A DNA stretch of 64,000 nt from an uncultured Acidiferrobacteraceae bacterium (lineage in GTDB: Bacteria; Pseudomonadota; Gammaproteobacteria; Acidiferrobacterales; SZUA-150). How positions within the stretch are numbered: position 1 is the first letter of the stretch; the number at the start of each line of letters is the position of its first letter. Below the pieces are notes generated by a model, which was not told the origin of the DNA, ran no database searches, and worked only from the letters and a program-made list of their open reading frames with translations. This document shows positions 38,050 to 47,715 of this stretch, in pieces. The stretch covers positions 2,026 through 66,025 of the forward strand of contig CAJVXY010000005.1 of the NCBI GenBank assembly GCA_913009895.1. Direction: 5' to 3'. Made by a program: the position numbers and the translations under genes.

Positions 38050-40446
38050 TTAATTAGTAGTTATTTTTCCCACCTTATCAGTTACCTGGCTTGTATTCCC
38101 TGTAAATGCCATAGCAGATTCCAGAGAAAAATAGAAAGTAGCGCCATGATCAACTTCTGCCTCAGCCCAAACGGCTCCACCGTGTCGATGAACTATGCGT
38201 TGCACGGTTGCCAGGCCAATCCCGGTGCCCTCAAATTCCTCATCGCTGTGCAACCGTTGAAAAGCACCGAATAATTTACCTGCATACTGCATGTCAAAAC
38301 CAGCGCCGTTATCCTCTACGTAAAATATTGTCTTGCCTGCTCGCACTATTTTGCCAACTGTGACCTTGGCCGAGGATCTTTTGCGAGTATATTTCCATGC
38401 GTTGGTCAACAGATTATCCATTAAAATAACCAGCAGGTGTTGATCGCCATTAGTTCTCATGCCAGTTGCTATGTCAAACTGTACCTTGCGTCCGGGTTCT
38501 TGTTCATTCAGGTTATTAATAATATCACGGGCAATTTTGCTAATGTTGACTTGCCCGCGCATTAATCTACCGCGGCTAATGCGAGATAGCTGTAAAAGAT
38601 CGTCAATTAATAACGCCATGCGCCCTGCACCATTTCGTACCCGATGCAAGTAATCTCGCCCTTCATCATCCAGCTTTTCACCATAGTCTTCCAATAATGC
38701 CAGGCTAAATCCATCAATTGCCCGCAGCGGTGCACGCAAATCATGTGATACTGAGTAAGAGAATGCCTCAAGTTCTTTGTTGACCGTTTTGAGTTTGGCG
38801 GTGCGGTCTTCAACCAATTCCTCCAGTTTCTCCTGATGTTCTTTAAGTTCTTCTTCTACTTTTAAAGTTTCGGTTATATCCTCCACTAATGAAGTAACGC
38901 CAATCACTTTTCCAGTGCCATCGACTAAAGGTGTGTTATGCCACCTGCAATGAATTATAACCCCGCTTTTGGTTAGATTTTCGTTAGTACTATGAAATCC
39001 TCCGGTATTTTTTATAAGATCATTCCAGAGACTATTAACGTGTTCTTTAGCAGCATTCGGTATAATAAAACTGGCGTGGCGACCTATGGCGGCTTGCTTC
39101 GAATATCCAAATATTTTTTCTATTGCAGGATTCCAGTCAACAACATTAAAATCCAGGTCCCACTCAATCACACCTAAAGGTGTTTGCATAAAATGAAGGC
39201 CAAGTCTTTGTTGAAATCGATGCAACGTTTCTTCAGTCTGCTTTTTCTGAGTAATATCGCGGATTATCTCCAGCAACCCTATTACATTTCTATTGCTGTC
39301 AGTAACCTTTGTCTCATATGTCTTTCCAAAAAAGCATGACTGGTCCTTTCTTCGGTACTGCATCTCATATAAAGTCTGGCTGTCTTCTGCATCAGAACGA
39401 AATCGTAGTTTTTCCCGATCTTCATGATCTTTTGTATCGGCATATAACTTTGCTGTCACCTTGCCTTTCAATTCTTGAGCCGAGTACCCGAACATTTCAG
39501 TGATTGCAGGATTAACTAAAATAATTTTTCTTTCTATATCGGAATAAATAACGCCATCGCTTATAGAATTGAATACGGCTTCAAATTCTGCTTTACTTTT
39601 AGACAACTCCATATTCGAGTACCTCTGCATGTCCAGCAGACGTTGGTAGCTGCCCGAGATTACGCCCAGTTCATCAGTCGATTTTGATTGTAATAACGAG
39701 AAATCCATTGTGGATAAATCTTCAGTATGATTAAGGACTGTTTGTAGCGGAGCCAGTGACTGACCAAAACTGCGCATAAATATCAGGCTACCGCCAATTG
39801 CCAATAACTCCAGCATTAACCAGACAACAAATGTTTCAGTGGTAAAATACCCGGTCCGGGTCCAGTAATACTGAACCAGCATGCTATCAATGAGTAGTGG
39901 TATAAGGGCCCCTATTAGAAACACCTTTGTCCTGATGGTAACAATGGGGCGTTTGACCACCAGACCACCCATGGCTTTGCCAAATAAATCCATAATCAGA
40001 AAAAAAATTGGCAGGCCAACAATAATAGAAACAATGAGGGCCACTAAAGCAAACCGAAATAATATCAATGGCGTGATTACAAAATCAGTATGCAGCACTG
40101 CTGCTGCAACCACTGAAATTACTGCCAGAGACTGGTAGAGTAAAAATAAGCCCCAATACCATAACGGGAACTGTCGGATAGCAGATAATACTAACGACGA
40201 ATCGGTAGCACCCCTGGTCTTCAGCCAATCAGTAAGGGGACGTAACTTTTTTGGAAAAAACCAGATAATGAAGACTTGCCAACCCAAAATGTAAATTGGT
40301 TCGACTGGCATGGTGAGTATCTCGATTATTTGTTGTGTCGTAAGCACGCCAAACAACATGATAAATCCAAAACCAATCAAAGGTGGCAAGTTCCAGGTCA
40401 GGAGAATAAATAATAAAAAGCGCCTTTTAAAGCCAGCAGGTTCCAT
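38050..40446 (-). CDS. Sensor histidine kinase (multi-TM N-terminus, two PAS-like domains, HisKA, HATPase)
   Basis: 798 aa with H-box SHDLRAPL, N-box NLLTNAWKY and G-boxes EDNGAGF and GTGIGLATV. Confidence 0.9.
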   Translation of the reverse strand: MEPAGFKRRFLLFILLTWNLPPLIGFGFIMLFGVLTTQQIIEILTMPVEPIYILGWQVFIIWFFPKKLRPLTDWLKTRGATDSSLVLSAIRQFPLWYWGLFLLYQSLAVISVVAAAVLHTDFVITPLILFRFALVALIVSIIVGLPIFFLIMDLFGKAMGGLVVKRPIVTIRTKVFLIGALIPLLIDSMLVQYYWTRTGYFTTETFVVWLMLELLAIGGSLIFMRSFGQSLAPLQTVLNHTEDLSTMDFSLLQSKSTDELGVISGSYQRLLDMQRYSNMELSKSKAEFEAVFNSISDGVIYSDIERKIILVNPAITEMFGYSAQELKGKVTAKLYADTKDHEDREKLRFRSDAEDSQTLYEMQYRRKDQSCFFGKTYETKVTDSNRNVIGLLEIIRDITQKKQTEETLHRFQQRLGLHFMQTPLGVIEWDLDFNVVDWNPAIEKIFGYSKQAAIGRHASFIIPNAAKEHVNSLWNDLIKNTGGFHSTNENLTKSGVIIHCRWHNTPLVDGTGKVIGVTSLVEDITETLKVEEELKEHQEKLEELVEDRTAKLKTVNKELEAFSYSVSHDLRAPLRAIDGFSLALLEDYGEKLDDEGRDYLHRVRNGAGRMALLIDDLLQLSRISRGRLMRGQVNISKIARDIINNLNEQEPGRKVQFDIATGMRTNGDQHLLVILMDNLLTNAWKYTRKRSSAKVTVGKIVRAGKTIFYVEDNGAGFDMQYAGKLFGAFQRLHSDEEFEGTGIGLATVQRIVHRHGGAVWAEAEVDHGATFYFSLESAMAFTGNTSQVTDKVGKITTN

Positions 40447-40622
40447 GGCTAATACAAGTATCCGGGCTGCTTCCCAACCTTCATAATTATTTCCTTATAG
40501 TGGATAGACTATATATTAAAGCATACATAGTTAGGCATATACAAAATCGGAAGGTGGTGCTATCAATACCCGGTAAATACAGTCCGGGAAACTACGAGGA
40601 AATCTAACTTATAATCTAAAAA

Positions 40623-41234
40623 CTAGGCTGCTTGCTTATAACCGGTTGCCGCCAGAAACAAATCCACCATTTGCTTGAGCAGACTGTCCAGCGGCATGCC
40701 CTTGTATCGTTCATTGCCCTGGATACACTTTACATACAATACTTCACGAATCATGCCCTGGAACATGAGGCTGGCAGCTTTGGGGTTAACGTGACTGGCG
40801 CGACCCTCTGCAGCCAGTTCTTTCAAGCCTACTTCGATATAATCGGCAAAGGATCGCCAGCGATTTTCAAAAAAATGCTGGGCGGCAGGCGCGTCTTCCA
40901 GGGCGCTCATGAGCTCCATGCGCAAATAATCGGGATCACGGGATATACTATTAGCGAACAACTGGGTCATGCCCAGCAATACGCTTTTAAAATCAGATGG
41001 CTCTGTGAGTATGGTATCTACGTAACTTTCCCGTTTTTCGGAAATCTCATTCAGTACCGACTCATACAGCGCTTCTTTAGAGGGGAAATGCTGATATAAA
41101 ACGGCCGGGCTTACGCCCAGCCGTTTTGCGATCTCGTCTACCGACACGCCATGATAGCCCTTGTCGGCGAACAACACCTTGGCCACCGCAAGTATGGTGG
41201 CCCGTCGTTCTGCGGCTTTTAGTCGTTTGGTCAT
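40623..41234 (-). CDS. TetR family transcriptional regulator
   Basis: N-terminal HTH ILAVAKVLFADKGYHGVSVDEIAKRLGVSPAVLYQHFPSKEALY. Confidence 0.9.
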   Translation of the reverse strand: MTKRLKAAERRATILAVAKVLFADKGYHGVSVDEIAKRLGVSPAVLYQHFPSKEALYESVLNEISEKRESYVDTILTEPSDFKSVLLGMTQLFANSISRDPDYLRMELMSALEDAPAAQHFFENRWRSFADYIEVGLKELAAEGRASHVNPKAASLMFQGMIREVLYVKCIQGNERYKGMPLDSLLKQMVDLFLAATGYKQAA

Positions 41235-41261
41235 AAATGTTGCCTGACCAGGTATAAAAAA

Positions 41262-41486
41262 CTAGGCCTTGCGAATATCGAAAACAAATTCACCGTTGTT
41301 TTCGCCAGAAGACATCAGCTCGTTACCTGTTTGCTTGCAAAATGCCTCGAAGTCTTTTACAGAACCCGGGTCAGTAGCAATAATGTGCAATACCTGTCCA
41401 GATTCAAGGTCATTAATGCTCTTTTTCGCACGTAAAATCGGTAGTGGGCAATTTAATCCCCGTGCATCCAGTTCCATATCAGCCAT
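41262..41486 (-). CDS. tusA: TusA/SirA-family sulfur carrier protein
   Basis: 74 aa, LDARGLNCPLPILRAKK, with the conserved Cys-Pro motif. Confidence 0.8.
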   Translation of the reverse strand: MADMELDARGLNCPLPILRAKKSINDLESGQVLHIIATDPGSVKDFEAFCKQTGNELMSSGENNGEFVFDIRKA

Positions 41487-41798
41487 ATTTCATCTCCAGT
41501 TAAGTTAGTGAACGTTCATTTATTTACACCTCTGGGCAGTTATTGTCAAATAGTTATTTAACCTAATAATTTCAATAAGTTATGAATTTATTTTTTGTGT
41601 TTTGTATCACATGGAGACAAACAGGTGTTGTATTGGCCCAGTATAAGGCTATTTTGACAATATTTACGCCATTCGACTGGGTGTGCGCACAAATAGAATT
41701 ATTTAAACATTTATTTTGAATTATTTTTGTTTGCAGGGGAATAAATTGGTCATCCATGTATCTAAGGTATCTCAATAATTATAATAATTTAGATATCC

Positions 41799-42353
41799 AT
41801 GTTTTTATCCAATTTGGGGAACCGCCATCTAAGACCAAGGGTTACCGCAATGGCCCCAAGACTAAGGGCTATTGCGTTTTCCTGGGGATGTAAACCCGAT
41901 GTCTGTGATGACCTGGTACAGGAAACAGTCGCGACTGCCATTGATAAGCTCGGGCAATTGCGTAGTCCGGACGCCCTGGAATCCTGGATCATCAGCATTT
42001 TCACCAATTGTCATAATCTTTACTTGCGTCGAGCGCGTTATCTCACCGACATGGAAAACGTCGAGCTGGTTGACGACAACACGCCACTCACACAACTGGA
42101 TAGTTCGCGCACAGTTGAAATGGTGCGCGCAGCCATCGCCAAACTAAGCGATGAACACCGTAAGGTCCTGACCCTCGTTGACATGGAAGGCATGACATAT
42201 AGCGAAGTGGCTGCCGTCCTGAATATTAAAATCGGTACTGTTATGAGTCGACTTTGCCGTGCCCGGGCACGACTACGAATAATTCTTAAAACATTATTGC
42301 AAAAAGAAACATCCGACCATGACAAAAATAAACATTTACGGAGGGTAAAATGA
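41799..42353 (+). CDS. ECF-type RNA polymerase sigma factor
   Basis: Region 2 is DDLVQETVATAI...; region 4 is EHRKVLTLVDMEGMTYSEVAAVLNIKIGTVMSRLCRARARL. The N-terminal boundary is uncertain. Confidence 0.85.
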   Translation: MFLSNLGNRHLRPRVTAMAPRLRAIAFSWGCKPDVCDDLVQETVATAIDKLGQLRSPDALESWIISIFTNCHNLYLRRARYLTDMENVELVDDNTPLTQLDSSRTVEMVRAAIAKLSDEHRKVLTLVDMEGMTYSEVAAVLNIKIGTVMSRLCRARARLRIILKTLLQKETSDHDKNKHLRRVK

Positions 42354-43102
42354 AGAAACCTCTGCCAGTCTCTGAAGAGATGCTTAATATTTTCGCCGAT
42401 GACGAACTTGATGCCAAAGAACGTGAACAAGTACTTGTCGAGCAAATGCACAACGAGGATGTTGCCCGGGCTATTTGTGAAATACGCCTGCTCAAGGATC
42501 TTGTGAAATCGGCCCGACCACAGGTTGATAATACCTATACTTCTGGCAAAACCTATAAACAGCGCCATTTAAATAAATGGATGATGGTGGCGTCAGTTGT
42601 GCTTGTCATCACTGCAGTCATGGTAACCCTGCTTCCCGAAAAAACGAATAATGCGGGCCAGGTAAAATCTACTACTGCAACGGAACAAACTTACTCAGAT
42701 GTCAATAGCTTTCTCAGTGCCCAGTCAAACAACCCGGATCTAAAAATCGTATTACATATCAAGAAAAATAATCCTGAAGCTTATGCTCGCTTGATCAGGC
42801 AGCTGGAATACCTGTTAAAGACAACCAGGGAAAATAGTCAGCCACTTCGTGTCGATGTCGTCGCCAGTGGTCCCGGTCTGGCTTTTGTCGGCAGGCAAAC
42901 ATCGCCTTATGCAAGAAAGATTCACCTGCTCAGGCAGGAGTATGACAACCTTATTTTTTTCGCCTGTCAGTCGACCCTGGAAAAACTAAATAGTAAGAAT
43001 AATACAAATTTTAAAATTCTCCCTGATGTCGTTCTGACTGCATCCGGTACAGAATTGATTCAACTGCGTAAAAAACAGGGCTGGTCACATATCGTTATCT
43101 GA
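42350..43102 (+). CDS. Anti-sigma factor (single TM helix) fused to a periplasmic DsrE/DsrF-like (COG1416-type) domain
   Basis: ATGA overlap with the sigma gene. A short N-terminal cytoplasmic segment is followed by TM helix WMMVASVVLVITAVMVTLL. The C-terminal LKIVLHIKKNN...LRVDVVASGPGLAFV...IFFACQSTLEKL...VLTASGTELIQLRKKQGWSHIVI fits the COG1416 pattern. Confidence 0.65.
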   Translation: MKKPLPVSEEMLNIFADDELDAKEREQVLVEQMHNEDVARAICEIRLLKDLVKSARPQVDNTYTSGKTYKQRHLNKWMMVASVVLVITAVMVTLLPEKTNNAGQVKSTTATEQTYSDVNSFLSAQSNNPDLKIVLHIKKNNPEAYARLIRQLEYLLKTTRENSQPLRVDVVASGPGLAFVGRQTSPYARKIHLLRQEYDNLIFFACQSTLEKLNSKNNTNFKILPDVVLTASGTELIQLRKKQGWSHIVI

Positions 43103-43194
43103 TTTTTTGTTTCACATGAGTACTAAGGGTTATCGCCAATATTTGTCCGGGGTTGGCGGTGATTAACAACAACACAAATGGAGGAAATATCAAA

Positions 43195-44406
43195 ATGTCA
43201 TACAATTTAAAAATAAATAAAACCTTATGGGGCGCGCTGTTACTGGTGATCACCCTTGGCACCAGTGGCGCCTTACTGGCTCACGATAAAGACAACATCG
43301 TGGCTGGTATTATCAGTGCACCTGTGGTCATGAACGGCACAGTGGCCAATGAACCAACGGAATTTAACTTAATCTTTAATGCCCAGGGCAAGGGTCTAAA
43401 ACATGCGCTGGATCCCAAATTATTTGGTTATCAAATTCCAGCAGGCGGTCGCATGGAGATCGAGCTAAGCGATGAGTTCACGCGTAATACCCGTATCAAC
43501 CCGGCTACCAATGCGGTTGAGCCGGTACCCATTAAACCCAATGCCAATATTATTCTAACCACTGGCCCGCAGAACCCGATTATTTTTGCCGGTGGTACAA
43601 CCGTGGCCCGTGGTAACTGGAGTGTCAGTGACAATGGTGAAAACCTGATTACGCTTACGCCGAACGGTGGCAGTGGTGCCAATGGCCTGGAAAATGCCCG
43701 CGCCAATGAAATTGGTATGAAAGTAATCCATGTACGACCTAACCCGCGCACCAGGGATAATACGCCTTTTATCAATGGTGATGTGGGTGAGACGGGCAAG
43801 ATAATGGTTCGTATCTACGGTGCTGATGGTATGCTAAAACAGTCCGGTTACGGTAAAGTTAAATTTAAAGCACGCGTTGGTCGCCAGATACACAATACAA
43901 ATGCAGGCCTGCGTACCACACCAGGTGGCTCACCACTGGTTGAAACGATTGAACTGATCGACTTCCAAAGAGTGGCGCCAAATACTGCGTTGACCAACGA
44001 TACACAGTACAGCCCATTTTCTGCCGGTTATCCTTATGCGCCACGGTTCCTGCTGTTTGAAGAACTTGATCAATCTGTTCGTGGTTTATTTACCCCGGCA
44101 TCTTATATCGCCCAACCCGGTATCGAGAATGTTACTTACGAGGTCAACGCCCATAAGCCCTGGAAGGCAAAATTGGTCCAGGTAACGGAAACCGGTCGCA
44201 ACATGATTGGTAAAATTGAGATCAAGGGGCATCACGGTACCATATTGCCCAGTCCTGGCCTGACAACCATTGGCGGTAATGGCAGTTACCTGACTGTGCC
44301 AGTACGGGTCGGAGATGAAGATGGTGAGTATAAAGTGACGGTGTCACTGTCTCATGGTGGTTCGGCAACAACCACAATTATTGTTGAAGAAGAGGATCAC
44401 GATTAA
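43195..44406 (+). CDS. Secreted protein of unknown function
   Basis: The likely start is MSYNLKINKTLWGALLLVITLGTSGALLA|HDK (signal peptide); the track ORF starts at 43153. It is about 400 aa with no recognised family. Confidence 0.6.
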   Translation: MSYNLKINKTLWGALLLVITLGTSGALLAHDKDNIVAGIISAPVVMNGTVANEPTEFNLIFNAQGKGLKHALDPKLFGYQIPAGGRMEIELSDEFTRNTRINPATNAVEPVPIKPNANIILTTGPQNPIIFAGGTTVARGNWSVSDNGENLITLTPNGGSGANGLENARANEIGMKVIHVRPNPRTRDNTPFINGDVGETGKIMVRIYGADGMLKQSGYGKVKFKARVGRQIHNTNAGLRTTPGGSPLVETIELIDFQRVAPNTALTNDTQYSPFSAGYPYAPRFLLFEELDQSVRGLFTPASYIAQPGIENVTYEVNAHKPWKAKLVQVTETGRNMIGKIEIKGHHGTILPSPGLTTIGGNGSYLTVPVRVGDEDGEYKVTVSLSHGGSATTTIIVEEEDHD

Positions 44407-44424
44407 ATCCTGGTCTTGTTAGTC

Positions 44425-44456
44425 AAAAGGCCGCTTTTAAAGCGGCCTTTTTTTAT
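44425..44456 (+). terminator. Rho-independent terminator
   Basis: aaaaggccgct-tttaa-agcggcc followed by T8. Confidence 0.85.
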
Positions 44457-44477
44457 TCATAAAAAATTGGTTTTATA

Positions 44478-44678
44478 TTATACCTTGTTCACAAAATCCC
44501 TGCCACCCGCCTCGCGCAGCATATTTGCTATTTCTTCCTGAAACCTGGTAATTGCAAAACGCACGGGTGAAAAACCGTTGTGATTGGGGACATTGGGGTC
44601 AGCGCCATATTTCAGTAATACCTTAACAACCTCAGCATGGGCACTGGTCACTGCGCCCCATAATGGTGTCGTGCACAT
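44478..44678 (-). pseudogene. 3' fragment of an ankyrin-repeat gene (a duplicate of the 3' end of 47027-47647)
   Basis: It encodes ...TTPLWGAVTSAHAEVVKVLLKYGADPNVPNHNGFSPVRFAITRFQEEIANMLREAGGRDFV. By eye the DNA is about 90 percent identical to 47037-47232. Confidence 0.7.
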
Positions 44679-44783
44679 AATGAAGGCCGGTCAAACACGG
44701 GCTTTACCCGCCATTGTTTTGTTCTTAATCGCTTATACTATATATACGGTTAGTGACAGGTCACTAAATAATTAACCCAGCCA

Positions 44784-45830
44784 TTATTTTTTCTCTGCTG
44801 GACAACCCTCCAGATTCTCGTCCAAAAAACGTTGGTAGTTTTCCGCGCTGACAATATGGGTACCATCACAATTAAATTGCATACGTATAGCGTCCTGGAC
44901 AATACCAATACTGACATTACGAACATAAAAATTTGGTATTGCCCTGAGATCAGTTAGTTTTGAAATAACGTTTGTTAATTCACTTTCTGGAGTGGGTTGC
45001 CATCGTTGCTGAGAAACCGCAAACAGTTCTCGCCAGTTGTCAGGCAGTTTTTCCAGGCTATTGTGACTCGCAATGTAACCGTACAAACCTTTTATCAGGC
45101 CCGTTTTTTCCCGGTATGAAATTTTTGGAAAATGGCGATCAATATACGCCCGGTCTGCCAGTTTCCGGGCAATATGAATTTCTGTCGACAGGGGATCAAA
45201 AACAGAATTAACTCTTACTTCGCCATTATTAAAACCAACATAAAGCCGATAAATACACCGGTTAAGCAATAATTCTTCCATGCTCTCCTGTAATTGCGGC
45301 AATATGGGATCAACAACACTGGTATAGCGTTCACGGCTATAAGTCGTTTCCCTGAGCGAGGGGTCGCCCTTAATGCTGACATGTAAATTATCAACACAAA
45401 TGCCCATGGCGTTAAGTATTTGCTCCTTCAGGGACAGCTCTTGATTACGTATTGAAAACTTGTGATAAATTTTTTCGGCAACATCTGGCCTTGCCTGCAC
45501 AATTTCCAGGAATTTGTCCTTGTCTACGCCCAGCATAGTAGTCTCTTCCAGGGCTGTGACCGAGGCATTACGTGTGCTGGTACTGAGAATAGCCATCTCA
45601 CCAAAATAATCTCCGGCCTTGAGTACTGATATCTGTTCAGCTACCCCGTTTTTATCAATGGTGACGGAAACAGACCCCTTCTCGATGTAATAAAACGAAT
45701 CGGCAGAATCACCCTCAGAAAAAATAAGCTGGTCTTTTTTAAAGCACTGGGCATGGGCATACTTTTTAATATCCGCCAGCTCAATATCGGAGAACGGTGC
45801 TGTAATAGATGTCGTACGTGCAGGTTTCAT
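44784..45830 (-). CDS. Cyclic-nucleotide-binding (CAP_ED) domain protein with an uncharacterised ~210-aa C-terminal domain
   Basis: N-terminal FSEGDSADSFYYIEKGSVSVTI...LKAGDYFGEMAILSTSTRNASVTA; the C-terminal half is unrecognised. Confidence 0.7.
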   Translation of the reverse strand: MKPARTTSITAPFSDIELADIKKYAHAQCFKKDQLIFSEGDSADSFYYIEKGSVSVTIDKNGVAEQISVLKAGDYFGEMAILSTSTRNASVTALEETTMLGVDKDKFLEIVQARPDVAEKIYHKFSIRNQELSLKEQILNAMGICVDNLHVSIKGDPSLRETTYSRERYTSVVDPILPQLQESMEELLLNRCIYRLYVGFNNGEVRVNSVFDPLSTEIHIARKLADRAYIDRHFPKISYREKTGLIKGLYGYIASHNSLEKLPDNWRELFAVSQQRWQPTPESELTNVISKLTDLRAIPNFYVRNVSIGIVQDAIRMQFNCDGTHIVSAENYQRFLDENLEGCPAEKK

Positions 45831-45994
45831 AATTTCTCCAGCGAGTCATGGAGTAGTCGCTGTAATAGCAAACAATAGAGGCTAGATCAAGCATTTATTA
45901 TCGTACTAAGATTTATACATAGAAACCCCGGGTCAGCATCATCTGAAAATAGCTACAAGTCCGTTAGCGTACTAAAAAGGGCAGGACTTCCCCC

Positions 45995-46585
45995 GCTGCT
46001 GTCCCTCAATTTGTGATAAATATCAAAGCCTGACCTCAAGTTGTTACAATGTGTGTGCGAACAAACATCTGCAATAACGTGAGATCAGGCTTTGTCACGT
46101 AATAACACTGCTTTTCATCAGTCGCTAAAACCTTTATCGAGACATAACTTTGAGGCTTTGGCGAAAACACATCATTCTGGTCAAAAATTACAATCGGCCA
46201 GCCATTGGAATCAATTTATTGCGATGGCAATGTCGCAACGATCTGGCAGGCGAAATCTGCGAGATATAGCGTCGAATGTGCTAACGCAGCAGCAAAAACT
46301 TTATCATCACGGTACCAAGCCCGTTGCCAAAACGACGCTGGCACGTCTAGAAATGCGATTTTAACCCAGATATGGATAGCAATGATTACATATTTACTAC
46401 TGGCCTATGCACGGCATCGCGCCAAAGCGGGCTGGACGGTACAACGTATTATGCGAGTCATTCAGTTGAATTTATTCGAGCGTAGAACGTTAGAAGAGAT
46501 ACTTGATCCTGATCCGTCAAGGCATAAAAAAAGCGAACCTCAAATGAAGTTCGCTTTGTGATTTTCAACTGTGGGACAGTAGTGG
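45995..46585. mobile_element. Internally deleted IS4-family element (MITE-like derivative) with terminal inverted repeats
   Basis: ORF 46092-46364 reads like the DUF4372-type N-terminus of an IS4 transposase (FHQSLKPLSRHNFEALAKTHH...). ORF 46205-46561 carries a C-terminal tail (IWIAMITYLLLAY...). The ends gctgctgtccctcaatt and aactgtgggacagtagtg form imperfect inverted repeats. Confidence 0.6.
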
Positions 46586-46717
46586 GTTAATCCGGCTTTT
46601 TTATATTAAGCAAATAAATAACTTAAGTGACATCACTACTGACGACTGTACCCCGTCACCACCCCCTGATTGCATAAGGGGCAGTTTTAGCTCATCGTCA
46701 AGTTAAATAAGGAAACG

Positions 46718-46833
46718 ATGATGACAAGAAACCAGGGCACAGAAAAACCATTCGCGAGTTACGATGACGAACCCGCAAGCATTACTCCTCGGAAGAAAAG
46801 ATTCGCATAATATTAGATGGGCTTCGTGGAGAT
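46718..46833 (+). pseudogene. Possible debris of an IS3-like OrfA (HTH_Tnp_1-like)
   Basis: A frame-shifted reading gives RKHYSSEEKIRIILDGLRGD, reminiscent of transposase OrfA N-termini; no intact ORF remains. Confidence 0.3.
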
Positions 46834-47026
46834 ATGTTTTATGGTCGGGGACAGGCAATTATGGCCCAGAGAGTTATCATTAAATCAAGCACAATGGCGA
46901 CACGAGAACAAATACATTGCGATAGACAAGCTGAACCACTAGCCCGGACGAGCTAATGTGTCTTTTAAATCAGGAAGGTTTGTGTCGAAAAGGTTTTGAC
47001 GGGGCATAAATAACTTTAGCGTGAGA

Positions 47027-47647
47027 TTACTCTCTCTGTACCTTAATCACAAAATCCCTGCCACCCGCCTCGCGCAACATATTTGCTATTTCTTCCTGAA
47101 ACCTGGTAACTGCAAAACGCACGGGTGAAAAACCGTTGTGATTGGGAACATTGGGATCGGCGCCATATTTCAGTAATAGCTTAACGACATCAGCATGGGC
47201 GCTGGTCACGGCCCCCCAGAATGGTGTTGTGCCAATATTATTCTTTGCATGAATATCTGCCCCTTTAGAAATCAGCAACTCTATAGTTGCAAGGTTATCT
47301 GTCCAGGTAGCGTGTTCCAATGGTGTGTTACCCAGATCGTCCCGGGTGTTTATTTTTGCACCCTTTTCCAGTAACAACTTTACAACATCAGTATGGCCGG
47401 CAGTGGCCGCGGTCATTAGTGGTGTATTACCTTTATAATCCCTGGCATCAACAGCCATACCAGCTGCCAGGAGTTTTTTAACGTCTGCTATATTTCCAGC
47501 TTTGGTAGCTGTGTGTAGCGCATCCCCATTGCTGATAGCCATAACAGGCTGCAAGATCATAAAAAGTATTGCCGGAAATATAAATGATCTGGGAATTGTC
47601 ATAATCGTTACGCCTTGTTTCTGTTGGATAATAATCATAATACGCAA
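47027..47647 (-). CDS. Secreted ankyrin-repeat protein
   Basis: The probable start is MTIPRSFIFPAILFMILQPVMA (ATG 47602). It has four to five ANK repeats (GNTPLMTAATAGHTDVVKLLLEKGAKIN...). Confidence 0.8.
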   Translation of the reverse strand: MRIMIIIQQKQGVTIMTIPRSFIFPAILFMILQPVMAISNGDALHTATKAGNIADVKKLLAAGMAVDARDYKGNTPLMTAATAGHTDVVKLLLEKGAKINTRDDLGNTPLEHATWTDNLATIELLISKGADIHAKNNIGTTPFWGAVTSAHADVVKLLLKYGADPNVPNHNGFSPVRFAVTRFQEEIANMLREAGGRDFVIKVQRE

Positions 47648-47715
47648 TATTACTGATGTTTCATACTATATATATGTATACTTCCCAGTCCAAACATTAA
47701 ACTTCGAGTTTCCCA

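Noticed and set aside
42038-42568. 176-aa minus-strand ORF.
   Set aside because: It is antisense to the sigma and anti-sigma genes, which have clear family motifs and ATGA coupling.
46092-46561. Two overlapping ORFs as an intact IS4-family transposase.
   Set aside because: Together they cover only the extreme N- and C-terminal parts of such a protein. The catalytic DDE core is missing, so this is called a deleted IS derivative.
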